NCBI GenBank assembly: GCA_964016885.1
Contig: OZ024750.1
Coordinates: forward strand, 37,696,001-37,760,000
Direction: 5' to 3'
Length of the DNA: 64,000 bases
Origin: Eledone cirrhosa
Lineage: Eukaryota
Part shown: positions 15,001 to 30,800 of the stretch, piece by piece
How the letters are laid out: every line of letters begins with the position of its first letter
Position numbering within the stretch: the stretch's first letter is position 1
Position numbers and translations under genes: made by a program
The notes under the pieces: generated by a model
Told to the model about the DNA's origin: nothing
The model's database searches: none
The model's input: only the letters and a program-made list of their open reading frames with translations

Positions 15001-18000
15001 TACCATGAAGCTATGACTAACCTGTACACTGTATGTGATGTACCATGAAGCTATAGCTAACCTGTACACTGTATGTGATCTACCATGAAGCTATGGCTAA
15101 CCTGTACACTGTATGTGATGTACCATGAAGCTATGGCTAACCTGTACACTGTATGTGATGTACCATGAAGCTATGACTAACCTGTACACTTTATGTGATG
15201 TACCATGAAGCTATGACTAATCTGTACACTGTATGTGATGTACCATGAAGCTATGGCTAACCTGTACACTGTATGTGATGTACCATGAAGCTATGACTAA
15301 CCTGTACACTGTATGTGATGTACCATGAAGCTATGACTAACCTGTACACTGTATGTAATGTACCATGAAGCTATGACTAACCTGTACACTGTATGTGATG
15401 TACCATGAAGCTATGGCTAACCTGTACACTGTATGTGATGTACCATGAAGCTATGACTAACCTGTACACCGTATGTGATGTACCATGAAGCTATGGCTAA
15501 CCTGTACACTGTATGTGATGTACCATGAAGCTATGGCTAACCTGTACACTGTATGTGATGTACCATGAAGCTATGACTAACCTGTACACTGTATGTGATG
15601 TACCATGAAGCTATGACTAACCTGTACACTGTATGTGATGTACCGTGAAGCTATGGCTAACCTGTACACTGTATGTGATGTACCATGAAGCTATGGGTAA
15701 CCTGTACACTGTATGTGATGTACCATGAAGCTATGGCTAACCTGTACACTGTATGTTATGTACCATGAAGCTATGGCTAACCTGTACACTGTATGTGATG
15801 TACCATGAAGCTATAGCTAACCTGTACACTGTATGTGATCTACCATGAAGCTATGGCTAACCTGTACACTGTATGTGATGTAACATGAAGCTATGACTAA
15901 CCTGTACACTGTATGTGATGTACCATGAAGCTACGACTAACCTGTACACTGTATGTGATGTACCATGAAGCTATGACTAACCTGTACACTCTATGTGATG
16001 TACCATGAAGCTATAGCTAACCTGTACACTGTATGTGATCTACCATGAAGCTATGGCTAACCTGTACACTGTATGTGATGTACCATGAAGCTATAGCTAA
16101 CCTGTACACTGTATGTGATCTACCATGAAGCTATGGCTAACCTGTACACTGTATGTGATGTACCATGAAGCTATGACTAACCTGTACACTGTATGTGATG
16201 TACCGTGAAGCTATGGCTAACCTGTACACTGTATGTGATGTACCATGAAGCTATGGCTAACCTGTACACTGTATGTGATGTACCATGAAGCTATGACTAA
16301 CCTGTACACCGTATGTGATGTACCATGAAGCTATGGCTAACATGTACACTTTATGTGATGTACCATGAAGCTATGGCTAATCTGTACACTGTATGTGATG
16401 TACCATGAAGCTATGGCTAACCTGTACACTGTATGTGATGTACCATGAAGCTATGGCTAACCTGTACACTGTATGTGATGTACCATGAAGCTATGACTAA
16501 CCTGTACACTGTATGTGATCTACCATGAAACTATGGCTAATCTGTACACTGTATGTGATGTAACATGAAGCTATGACTAACCTGTACACTGTATGTGATG
16601 TACCATGAAGCTACGACTAACCTGTACACTGTATGTGATGTACCATGAAGCTATGACTAACCTGTACACTGTATGTGATGTACCATGAAGCTATGGCTAA
16701 CATGTACACTGTATGTGATGTACCATGAAGCTATGACTAACCTGTACACCGTATGTGATGTACCATGAAGCTATGGCTAACCTGTACACTTTATGTGATG
16801 TACCATGAAGCTATGGCTAACCTGTACACTGTATGTGATGTACCATGAAGCTATGGCTAACCTGTACACTGTATGTGATGTACCATGAAGCTATGGCTAA
16901 CCTGTACACTGTATGTGATGTACCATGAAGCTATGACTAACCTGTACACTGTATGTGATGTACCATGAAGCTATGGGTAACCTGTACACTGTATGTGATG
17001 TACCATGAAGCTATGGCTAACCTGTACACTGTATGTTATGTACCATGAAGCTATGGCTAACCTGTACACTGTATGTGATGTACCATGAAGCTATAGCTAA
17101 CCTGTACACTGTATGTGATCTACCATGAAGCTATGGCTAACCTGTACACTGTATGTGATGTAACATGAAGCTATGACTAACCTGTACACTGTATGTGATG
17201 TACCATGAAGCTACGACTAACCTGTACACTGTATGTGATGTACCATGAAGCTATGACTAACCTGTACACTGTATGTGATGTACCATGAAGCTATAGCTAA
17301 CCTGTACACTGTATGTGATCTACCATGAAGCTATGGCTAACCTGTACACTGTATGTGATGTACCATGAAGCTATGACTAACCTGTACACTGTATGTGATG
17401 TACCGTGAAGCTATGGCTAACCTGTACACTGTATGTGATGTACCATGAAGCTATGGCTAACCTGTACACTGTATGTGATGTACCATGAAGCTATGGCTAA
17501 CCTGTACACTGTATGTGATGTACCATGAAGCTATGGCTAACCTGTACACTGTATGTGATGTACCATGAAGATATGACTAACCTGTACAATGTATGTGATG
17601 TACCATGAAGCTATGGCTAACCTGTACACTGTATGTGATGTACCATGAAGCTATGACTAACCTGTACACTGTATATGATGTACCATGAAGCTATGACGAA
17701 CCTGTACACTGTATGTGATGTACCATGAAGCTATGGCTAACATGTACACTGTATGTGATGTACCATGAAGCTATGACTAACCTGTACACTGTATGTGATG
17801 TACCATGAAGCTATAGCTAACCTGTACTCTGTATGTGATGTACCATGAAGCTATGACTAACATGTACACTGTACGTAATGTACCATGAAGCTATGACTAA
17901 CCTGTACACTGTATGTGATGTACCATGCAGCTATGTCTAACCTGTACACTGTATGTGATGTACCATGAAGCTATGACTAACCTGTACACCGTATGTGATG

Positions 18001-19080
18001 TACCATGAAGCTATGGCTAACATGTACACTTTATGTGATGTACCATGAAGCTATGGCTAATCTGTACACTGTATGTGATGTACCATGAAGCTATGGCTAA
18101 CCTGTACACTGTATGTGATGTACCATGAAGCTATGGCTAACCTGTACACTGTATGTGATGTACCATGAAGCTATGACTAACCTGTACACTGTATGTGATC
18201 TACCATGAAACTATGGCTAATCTGTACACTGTATGTGATGTAACATGAAGCTATGACTAACCTGTACACTGTATGTGATGTACCATGAAGCTACGACTAA
18301 CCTGTACACTGTATGTGATGTACCATGAAGCTATGACTAACCTGTACACTGTATGTGATGTACCATGAAGCTATGGCTAACATGTACACTGTATGTGATG
18401 TACCATGAAGCTATGACTAACCTGTACACCGTATGTGATGTACCATGAAGCTGTGGCTAACCTGTACACTTTATGTGATGTACCATGAAGCTATGGCTAA
18501 CCTGTACACTGTATGTGATGTACCATGAAGCTATGGCTAACCTGTACACTGTATGTGATGTACCATGAAGCTATGGCTAACCTGTACACTGTATGTGATG
18601 TACCATGAAGCTATGACTAACCTGTACACTGTATGTGATCTACCCTGAAGCTATGGCTAACCTGTACACTGTATGTGATGTAACATGAAGCTATGACTAA
18701 CCTGTACACTGTATGTGATGTACCATGAAGCTACGACTAACTTGTACACTGTATGTGATGTACCATGAAGCTATGACTAACCTGTACACTGTATGTGATG
18801 TACCATGAAGCTATAGCTAACCTGTACACTGTATGTGATCTACCATGAAGCTATGGCTAACCTGTACACTGTATGTGATGTACCATGAAGCTATGACTAA
18901 CCTGTACACTGTATGTGATGTACCATGAAGCTATGACTAACCTGTACACTGTATGAAATGTACCATGAAGCTATGACTAACCTGTACACTGTATGTGATA
19001 TACCATGAAGCTATGGCTAACCTGTACACTGTATGTGATGTACCATGAAGCTATGACTAACCTGTACACCGTATGTGATG
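1..19080. repeat. Higher-order domain A: indel-free 40-mers in irregular HOR blocks of about 3.2-5 kb
   Basis: Marker TACTATGAAA...GTGAAGTACCATGACT at 121, 3361, 8401, 12721; TACCAGGAAGCTGTAGCTAA at 881, 4121, 9121, 13441; CCTAAAGACT at 2981, 8021, 12341; CTATGACGAA at 7091, 11411, 17691. The 40-bp register is unbroken up to about 19110. Confidence 0.9.
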
Positions 19081-22000
19081 TACCATGAAGCTACGGCTAA
19101 CCTGTACACTATGTGATGTACCATGAAGCTATGGCTAACCTGTACACTGTATGTGATGTACCATGAAGCTATGACTAACCTGTACACTGTATGTGATGTA
19201 CCATGAATCTATGACTAACCTGTACACTGTATGTGATGTACCGTGAAGCTATGGCTAACCTGTACACTGTATGTGATGTACCATGAAGCTATGGCTAACC
19301 TGTACACTGTATGTGATGTACCATGAAGCTATGGCTAACCTGTACACTGTATGTGATGTACCATGAAGCTATGGCTAACCTGTACACTGTATGTGATGTA
19401 CCATGAAGATATGACTAACCTGTACACTGTATGTGATGTACCATGAAGCTATGGCTAACCTGTACACTGTATGTGATGTACCATGAAGCTATGACTAACC
19501 TGTACACTGTATATGATGTACCATGAAGCTATGACTAACCTGTACACTGTATGTGATGTACCATGAAGCTATGGCTAACATGTACACTGTATGTGATGTA
19601 CCATGAAGCTATGACTAACCTGCACACTGTATGTGATGTACCATGAAGCTATAGCTAACCTGTACACTGTATGTGATCTACCATGAAGCTATGGCTAACC
19701 TGTACACTGTATGTGATGTAGCATGAAGCTATGACTAACCTGTACAATGTATGTGATGTACCATGAAGCTATGACTAACATGTACACTGTATGTAATGTA
19801 CCATGAAGCTATGACTAACCTGTACACTGTATGTGATGTACCATGAAGCTATGGCTAACCTGTACACTGTATGTGATGTACCATGAAGCTATGACTAACC
19901 TGTACACTGTATGTGATGTACCATGAAGCTATGACTAACCTGTACACTGTATGTGATGTACCGTGAAGCTATGGCTAACCTGTACACTGTATGTGATGTA
20001 CCATGAAGCTATGGGTAACCTGTACACTGTATGTGATGTACCATGAAGCTATGGCTAACCTGTACACTGTATGTGATGTACCATGAAGCTATGGCTAACC
20101 TGTACACTGTATGTGATGTACCATGAAGATATGACTAACCTGTACACTCTATGTGATGTACCATGAAGCTATGGCTAACCTGTACACTGTATGTGATGTA
20201 CCATGAAGCTATGACTAACCTGTACACTGTATATGATGTACCATGAAGCTATGACTAACCTGAACACTGTATGTGATGTACCATGAAGCTATGTCTAACA
20301 TGCACACTGTATGTGATGTACCATGAAGCTATGACTAACCTGTACACTGTATGTGATGTAACATGAAGCTATGGCTAACCTGCACACTGTATGTGATGTA
20401 CCATGAAGCTATGACTAACCTGTACACTGTATGTGATGTACCATGAAGCTATGGCTAACCTCTTCACTGTATGTGATGTACCATGAAGATATGACTAACC
20501 TGTACACTGTATGTGATGTACCATGAAGCTATGGCTAACCTGTACACTGTACGTGATGTACCATGAAGCTATGGCTAACCTGTACACTGTATGTGATGTA
20601 CCATGAAGCTATGGCTAACCTGTACACTGTATGTGATGTACCATGAAGATATGACTAACCTGTACACTGTATGTGATGTACCATGAAGCTATGGCTAACC
20701 TGTACACTGTATGTGATGTACCATGAAGCTATGACTAACCTGTACACTGTATGTGATGTACCATGAAGCTTTGAATAACCTGTACACTGTATCTGATGTA
20801 CCATGAAGCTATAGCTAACCTGTACACTGTATGTGATCTACCATGAAGCTATGACTAACCTGTACACTGTATGTGATGTACCATGAAGCTATGGCTAACC
20901 TGTACACTGTATGTGATGTACCATGAAGCTATGACTAACCTGTACACTGTATGTGATGTACCATGAAGCTATGACTAACCTAAAGACTGTATGTGATGTA
21001 CCATGAAGCTATAGCTAACCTGTACACTGTATGTGATGTACCATGAAGCTATGACTAACCTGTACACTGTATGTGATGTACCATGAAGCTATGGCTAACC
21101 TCTTCACTGTATGTGATGTACCATGAAGCTATGACTAACCTGTGCACTGTATGTGATGTACCATGAACCTATGGCTAACCTGCACACTGTATGTGATGTA
21201 CCATGAAGCTATGACTAACCTGTACACTGTATGTGATGTACCATGAAGCTATGGCTAACCTGTACACTGTATGTGATGTACCATTAAGCTATGGCTAACC
21301 TGTACACTGTATGTGATGTACCATGAAGCTATGACTAACCTGTACACTGTATGTGATGTACCATGAAGCTATGACTAACCTGTACACTGTATGTGATGTA
21401 CCATGAAGCTATGGCTAACCTGTACACTGTATGTGATGTACCATGAAGCTGTGAATAACCTGTACAGTGTATGTGATGTACCATGAAGCTATGACTAACC
21501 TGTACACTGTATGTGATGTACCATGAAGCTATGGCTAACCTGTACACTGTATGTGATGTACCATGAAGCTATGGCTAACCTGTACACTGTATGTGATGTA
21601 CCATGAAGCTATGACTAACATGTACAATGTATGTGATGTACCATGAAGCTATGGCTAACCTGTACACTGTATGTGATGTACCATGAAGCTATGACTAACC
21701 TGTACACTGTATGTGATGTACCATGAAGCTATGACTAAGCTGTACACTGTATGTGATGTACCGTGAAGCTATGGCTAACCTGTACACTGTATGTGATGTA
21801 CCATGAAGCTATGGCTAACCTGTACACTCTATGTGATGTACCATGAAGCTATGGCTAACCTGTACACTGTATGTGATGTACCATGAAGCTATGGCTAACC
21901 TGTACACTGTATGTGATGTACCATGAAGATATGACTAACCTGTACACTGTATGTGATGTACCATGAAGCTATGGCTAACCTGTACACTGTATGTGATGTA

Positions 22001-24800
22001 CCATGAAGCTATGACTAACCTGTACACTGTGTATGATGTACCATGAAGCTATGACTAACCTGTACATTGTATGTGATGTACCATAAAGCTATGGCTAACA
22101 TGTACACTGTATGTGATGTACCATGAAGCTATGACTAACCTGTACACTGTATGTGATATACCATGAAGCTATAGATAACCTGTACACTGTATGTGATCTA
22201 CCATGAAGCTATGGCTAACCTGTACACTGTATGTGATGTACCATGAAGCTATGGCTAACCTATACACTGTATGTGATGTACCATGAAGCTATGACTAACC
22301 TGTACACTGTATGTGATGTACCATGAAGCTATGACTAATCTGTACACTGTATGTGATGTACCATGAAGCTATGGCTAACCTGTACACTGTATGTGATGTA
22401 CCATGAAGCTATGACTAACCTGTACACTGTATGTGATGTACCATGAAGCTATGACTAACCTGTACACTGTATGTAATGTACCATGAAGCTATGACTAACC
22501 TGTACACTGTATGTGATGTACCATGAAGCTATGGCTAAGCTGTACACTGTATGTGATGTACCATGAAGCTATGACTAACCTGTACACCGTATGTGATGTA
22601 CCATGAAGCTATGGCTAACCTGTACACTGTATGTGATGTACCATGAAGCTATGGCTAACCTGTACACTGTATGTGATGTACCATGAAGCTATGACTAACC
22701 TGTACACTGTATGTGATGTACCATGAAGCTATGACTAACCTGTACACTGTATGTGATGTACCGTGAAGCTATGGCTAACCTGTACACTGTATGTGATGTA
22801 CCATTAAGCTATGGGTAACCTGTACACTGTATGTGATGTACCATGAAGCTATGGCTAACCTGTACACTGTATGTGATGTACCATGAAGCTATGTCTAACC
22901 TGTACACTGTATGTGATGTACCATGAAGCTATGACTAACCTGAACACTGTATGTGATGTACCATGAAGCTATGGCTAACATGTACACTGTATGTGATGTA
23001 CCATGAAGCTATGACTAATCTGTACACTGTATGTGATGTAACATGAAGCTATGGCTAACCTGCACACTGTATGTGATGTACCATGAAGCTATGACTAACC
23101 TGTACACTGTATGTGATGTACCATGAAGCTATGGCTAACCTGTACACTGTATGTGATGTACCATGAAGATATGACTAACCTGTACACTGTATGTGATGTA
23201 CCATGAAGCTATGGCTAACCTGTACACTGTATGTGATGTACCATGAAGCTATGGCTAACCTGTACACTGTATGTGATGTACCATGAAGCTATGGCTAACC
23301 TGTACACTGTATGTGATGTACCATGAAGATATGACTAACCTGTACACTGTATGTGATGTACCATGAAGCTATGGCTAAACTGTACACTGTATGTGATGTA
23401 CCATGAAGCTATGACTAACCTGTACACTGTATGTGGTGTACCATGAAGCTATGAATAACCTGTACACTGTATCTGATGTACAATGAAGCTATAGCTAACC
23501 TGTACACTGTATGTGATCTACCATGAAGCTATGACTAACCTGTACACTGTATGTGATGTACCATGAAGCTATGGCTAACCTGTACACTGTATGTGATGTA
23601 CCATGAAGCTATGACTAACCTGTACACTGTATGTGATGTACCATGAAGCTATGACTAACCTAAAGACTGTATGTGATGTACCATGAAGCTATAGCTAACC
23701 TGTACACTGTATGTGATGTACCATGAAGCTATGACTAACCTGAAGACTGTATGTGATGTACCACGAAGCTATAGCTAACCTGTACACTGTATGTGATGTA
23801 CCATGAAGCTATGAATAACCTGTACGCTGTATGTGATGTACCATGAAGCTATGACTAACCTGTACACTGTATGTGATGTACCATGAAGCTATGGCTAACC
23901 TGTACACTGTATGTGATCTACCATGAAGCTATGGCTAACCTGTACACTGTATGTGATGTACCATGAAGCTATGACTAACATGTACAATGTATGTGATGTA
24001 CCATGAAGCTATGACTAACCTGTACACTGTATGTGATGTACCATGACTCTATGACTAACCTGTACACTGTATGTGATGTACCATAAAGCTATGGCTAACC
24101 TCTACACTGTATCTGATGTACCATGAAGCTACGACTAACCTGTACACTGTATGTGATGTACCATGAAGCTATGGCTAACCTGTACACTGTATGTGATGTA
24201 CCATGAAGCTATAGCTAACCTGTACACTGTATGTGATGTACCATGAAGCTATGGCTAACCTGTCCACTGTATGTGATGTACCATGAAGCTATGACTAACC
24301 TGTACACTGTATGTGATGTACCATGAAGCTACGACTAACCTGTACACTGTATGTGATGTACCATGAAGCTATGACTAACCTGTACAATGTATGTGATGTA
24401 CCATGAAGCTATAGCTAACCTGTACACTGTATGTGATCTACCATGAAGCTATGGCTAACCTGTACACTGTATGTGATGTAACATGAAGCTATGACTAACC
24501 TGTACACTGTATGTGATGTACCATGAAGCTACGACTAACCTGTACACTGTATGTGATGTACCATGAAGCTATGACTAACCTGTACACTGTATGTGATGTA
24601 CCATGAAGCTATAGCTAACCTGTACACTGTATGTGATCTACCATGAAGCTATGGCTAACCTGTACACTGTATGTGATGTACCATGAAGCTATGACTAACC
24701 TGTACACTGTATGTGATGTACCGTGAAGCTATGGCTAACCTGTACACTGTATGTGATGTACCATGAAGCTATGGCTAACCTGTACACTGTATGTGATGTA
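19081..24800. repeat. Transition zone: domain-A-related monomers with more private variants, starting at a 38-bp monomer
   Basis: 2-bp deletion at about 19111 (CACT-ATGTG). A-type markers persist (CCTAAAGACT at 20979 and 23659; GATC-ending monomers). Local variants include TCTTCACT (20461, 21101), TGAACACT (20261, 22941) and CTAAGC (about 21735, 22535). Confidence 0.65.
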
Positions 24801-27800
24801 CCATGAAGCTATGCTAACCTGTACACTGTATGTGATGTACCATGAAGCTATGGCTAACCTGTACACTGTATGTGATGTACCATGAAGCTATGGCTAACCT
24901 GTACACTGTATGTGATGTACCATGAAGCTATGGCTAACCTGTACATTGTATGTGATGTACCATGAAGCTATGGCTAACCTGTACACTGTATGTGATGTAC
25001 CATGAAGCTATGACTAACCTGTACACTGTATGTGATGTACCATGAAGCTATAGCTAACCTGTACACTGTATGTGATGTACCATGAAGCTATGGCTAACCT
25101 GTACACTGTATGTGATGTACCATGAAGCCATGACTAACCTGTACACTGTATATCATGTACCATGAAGCTATGACTAACCTTTACACTGTATGTGATGTAC
25201 CATGAAGCTATGGCTAACATGTACACTGTATGTGATGTACCATGAAGCTATGACTAACCTGTACACTGTATGTGATGTACCATGAAGCTATGGCTAAATT
25301 GTACACTGTATGTGATGTACCATGAAGCTATGACTAACCTGTACACTGTATGTGATGTTACATGAAGCTATGACTAACCTGTACACTGTATGTGATGTAC
25401 CATGAAGCTATGGCTAACCTGTACACTGTATGTGATGTAGCATGAAGCTATGACTAACCTGTACACTGTATATGATGTACCATGAAGCTATGACTAACAT
25501 GTACACTGTATGCGAAGTACCATGAAGCTATGACTAACCTGTACACTGTATGTGATGTACCATGAAGCTATGACTAATCTGTACACTGTATGTGATGTAC
25601 CATGAAGCTATGACTAACCTGTACACTGTATGTGATGTACCATGAAGCTATGACTAACCTATACACTGTATGTGTTGTACCATGTAGCTATGACTAATCT
25701 ATACACTGTATGTGATGTACCATGAAGCTATGGCTAACCTGTACACTGTATGTGATGTACCATGAAGCTATGGCTAACCTGTACACTGTATGTGATGTAC
25801 CATGAAGTTATGACTAACATGTACACTGTATGTGATGTACCATGAAGCTATGACTAACCTGTACACTGTATGTGATGTACCATGAAGCTATGACTAACCT
25901 ATACACTGTATGTGATGTACCATGCAGCTATGACTAACCTGTACACTGTATGTGATGTACCATGAAGCTATGACTAACCTATACACAGTATGTGATGTAC
26001 CATGCAGCTATGACTAACCTGTACACTGTATGTGATGTACCATGAAGCTATGGCTAACCTGTACACTGTATGTGATGTACCATGAAGCTATGGCTAACCT
26101 GTACACTGTATGTGATGTACCATGAAGTTATAGCTAGCCTGTACACTGTATGTGATGTACTATGAAGCTATGACTAATCTGTACACTGTATGTGATGTAA
26201 CATTAAGCTATAGCTAACCTGTACAATGTATGTGATGTAACCTGAAGCTATAGCTAACCTGTACACTGTATGTGATGTACCATGAAGTTATAGCTAACCT
26301 GTACACTGTATGTGATGTACCATGAAGCTATGACTAATCTGTACACTGTATGTGATGTACCATGAAGCTATAGCTAACCCGTACACTGTATGTGATGTAC
26401 CATGAAGCTATGACTAACCTGTACACTGTATGTGATGTACCATGAAGCTATGACTAACCTGTACACTGTATGTGATGTACCATGAAGCTATGACTAAACT
26501 ATACACTGTATGTGATGTACCATGTAGCTATGACTAACCTTTACACTTTATGTGATGTACCATGAAGCTATGGCTAACCTGTACACTGTATGTGATGTAT
26601 CATGAAACTATGGCTAACCTGTACACTGTATGTGATGTACCATGAAGTTATGACTAACATGTACACTGTATGTGATGAACCATGAAGCTATGGCTAACCT
26701 GTACACTGTATGTGATGTACCATGAAGCTATAGTTAACCTATACACTGTATGTGATGTACCATGAAGCTATGACTAACCTGTACACTGTATGTGATGTAC
26801 CATGAAGCTATGACTAACCTGTACACTGTATGTGATGTACCATGAAGCTATGGCTAACCTGTACACTGTATGTGATGTACCATGAAGCTATGACTAACCT
26901 GTACACTGTATGTGATGTACCATGAAGCTATGGCTAACCTGTACACTGTATGTGATGTAACATGAAGCTATAGCTAACCTGTACACTGTATGTGATGTAC
27001 CATGAAACTATGACTAACCTGTACACTGCAAGTGATGTACCATGAAGCTATGGCTAACCTGTACACTGTATGTGATGTACCATGAAGCTATGACTAACCT
27101 GTACACTGTATGTGATGTACCATGAAGCTATGACTAACCTGTACACTGTATGTGATGTACCATGAAGCTATGGCTAACCTGTACACTGTATGTGATGTAC
27201 CATGAAGCTTTGGCTAACCTGTACACTGTATGTGATGTACCATGAAGCTATGGCTAACCTGTACACTGTATATGATGTACCATGAAGCTATGACTAACCT
27301 TTACACTGTATGTGATGTACCATGAAGCTATGGCTAACATGTACACTGTATGTGAAGTACCATGAAGCTATGACTAACCTGTACACTGTATGTGATGTAC
27401 CATGAAGCTATGGCTAACCTGTACACTGTATGTGATGTACCATGAAGCTATGGCTAACCTGTACACTGTATGTGATGTACCATGAAGCTATGACTAACCT
27501 GTACACTGTATGTGATGTACCATGAAGCTATAGATAACCTGTACACTGTATCTGATGTACCATGAAGCTATGGCTAACCTGTACACTGTATGTGATGTAC
27601 CATGAAGCTATGTCTAACCTGTACACTGTATATGATGTACCATGAAGCTATGACTAACCTGTACACTGAATGTGATGTACCATGAAGCTATGACTAACAT
27701 GTACACTGTATGTGATGTACCATGAAGCTATGACTAACCTGTACACTGTATGTGATGTACCATGAAGCTATGGCTAAATTGTACACTGTATGTGATGTAC

Positions 27801-30800
27801 CATGAAGCTATGACTAACCTGTACACTGTATGTGATGTTCCATGAAGCTATGACTAACCTGTACACTGTATGTGATGTACCATGAAGCTATGGCTAACCT
27901 GTACACTGTATGTGATGTAGCATGAAGCTATGACTAACCTGTACACTGTATATGATGTACCATGAAGCTATGACTAACATGTACACTGTATGCGAAGTAC
28001 CATGAAGCTATGACTAACCTGTACACTGTATGTGATGTACCATGAAGCTATGACTAATCTGTACACTGTATGTGATGTACCATGAAGCTATGACTAACCT
28101 GTACACTGTATGTGATGTACCATGAAGCTATGACTAACCTATACACTGTATGTGTTGTACCATGTAGCTATGACTAATCTATACACTGTATGTGATGTAC
28201 CATGAAGCTATGGCTAACCTGTACACTGTATGTGATGTACCATGAAGCTATGGCTAACCTGTACACTGTATGTGATGTACCATGAAGTTATGACTAACAT
28301 GTACACTGTATGTGATGTACCATGAAGCTATGACTAACCTGTACACTGTATGTGATGTACCATGAATCTATGGCTAACCTGTACACTGTATGTGATGTAC
28401 CGTGAAGCTATGACTAACCTATACACTCTATGTGATGTACCATGAAGCTATGTCTAACCTGTACACCGTATGTGATGTACCATGAAGCTATGACTAACCT
28501 ATACACTGTATGTGATGTACCATGAAGCTATGACTAACCTGTACACTGTATGTGATGTACCATGAAGCTATGACTAACCTATACACTGTATGTGATGTAC
28601 CATGCAGCTATGACTAACCTGTACACTGTATGTGATGTATCATGAAGCTATGGCTAACCTGTACACTGTATGTGATGTACCATGAAGCTATGGCTAACCT
28701 GTACACTGTATGTGATGTACCATGAAGTTATAGCTAGCCTGTACACTGTATGTGATGTACTATGAAGCTATGACTAATCTGTACACTGTATGTGATGTAC
28801 CATGAAGCTACGACTAATCTGTACACTGTATGTGATGTAACATTAAGCTATAGCTAAACTGTACACTGTATGTGATGTACCCTGAAGCTATAGCTAACCT
28901 GTACACTGTATGTGATGTACCATGAAGTTATAGCTAACCTGTACACTGTATGTGATGTACCATGAAGCTATGACTAATCTGTACACTGTATGTGATGTAC
29001 CATGAAGCTATAGCTAACCCGTACACTGTATGTGATGTACCATGAAGCTATGACTAACCTGTACACTGTATGTGATGTACCATGAAGCTATGACTAACCT
29101 GTACACTGTATGTGATGTACCATGAAGCTATGACTAAACTATACACTGTATGTGATGTACCATGTAGCTATGACTAACCTTTACACTGTATGTGATGTAC
29201 CATGAAGCTATGGCTAACCTGTACACTGTATGTGATGTATCATGAACCTATGGCTAACCTGTACACTGTATGTGATGTACCATGAAGTTATGACTAACAT
29301 GTACACTGTATGTGATGAACCATGAAGCTATGGCTAACCTGTACACTGTATGTGATGTACCATGAAGCTATAGCTAACCTATACACTGTATGTGATGTAC
29401 CATGAAGCTATGACTAACCTGTACACTGTATGTGATGTACCATGAAGCTATGACTAACCTGTACACTGTATGTGATGTACCATGAAGCTATGGCTAACCT
29501 GTACACTGTATGTGATGTACCATGAAGCTATGACTAACCTGTACACTGTATGTGATGTACCATGAAGCTATGGCTAACCTGTACACTGTATGTGATGTAA
29601 CATGAAGCTATAGCTAACCTGTACACTGTATGTGATGTACCATGAAACTATGACTAACCTGTACACTGCAAGTGATGTACCATGAAGCTATGGCTAACCT
29701 GTACACTGTATGACATGTACCATGAAGCTATGACTAACCTGTACACTGTATGTGATGTACCATGAAGCTATGACTAACCTGTACACTGTATGTGATGTAC
29801 CATGAAGCTATGGCTAACCTGTACACTGTATATGATGTACCATGAAGCTATGACTAACCTTTACACTGTATGTGATGTACCATGAAGCTATGGCTAACCT
29901 GTACACTGTATGTGATGTACCATGAAGCTATGGCTAACCTGTACACTGTATATGATGTACCATGAAGCTATGACTAACCTTTACACTGTATGTGATGTAC
30001 CATGAAGCTATGGCTAACATGTACACTGTATGTGAAGTACCATGAAGCTATGGCTAACCTGTACACTGTATGTGATGTACCATGAAGCTATGACTAACCT
30101 GTACACTGTATGTGATGTACCATGAAGCTATGACTAACCTGTACACTGTGTATGATGTACCATGAAGCTATGACTAACCTGTACACTGTATGTGATGTAC
30201 CATGAAGCTATGGCTAACCTGTACACTGTATGTGATGTACCATGAAGCTATGGCTAACCTATACACTGTATGTGATGTACCATGAAGCTATGACTAACCT
30301 GTACACTGTATGTGATGTACCATGAAGCTATAGATAACCTGTACACTGTATCTGATGTACCATGAAGCTATGGCTAACCTGTACACTGTATGTGATGTAC
30401 CATGAAGCTATGTCTAACCTGTACACTGTATATGATGTACCATGAAGCTATGACTAACCTGTACACTGAATGTGATGTACCATGAAGCTATGACTAACAT
30501 GTACACTGTATGTGATGTACCATGAAGCTATGACTAACCTGTACACTGTATGTGATGTACCATGAAGCTATGCTAACCTGTACACTGTATGTGATGTACC
30601 ATGAAGCTATGGCTAACCTGTACAATGTATGTGATGTACCATGAAGCTATGACTAACCTATACACTGTATGTGATGTACCATGAAGCTATGACTAACCTG
30701 TACACTGTATGTGATGTACCATGAAGCTATGGCTAACCTGTACACTGTATGTGATGTACCAAGAAGCTATGACTAACCTGTACACTGTATGTGATGTACC

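Noticed and set aside
21335-21547. 70-aa minus-strand ORF from the supplied track
   Set aside because: It is the translated repeat, with a 40-aa period from three monomers and a GTG start. It is open only because one variant monomer (GTGAATAACC at 21451) removes the two TAG stops that normally recur every 120 bp. There is no coding context.
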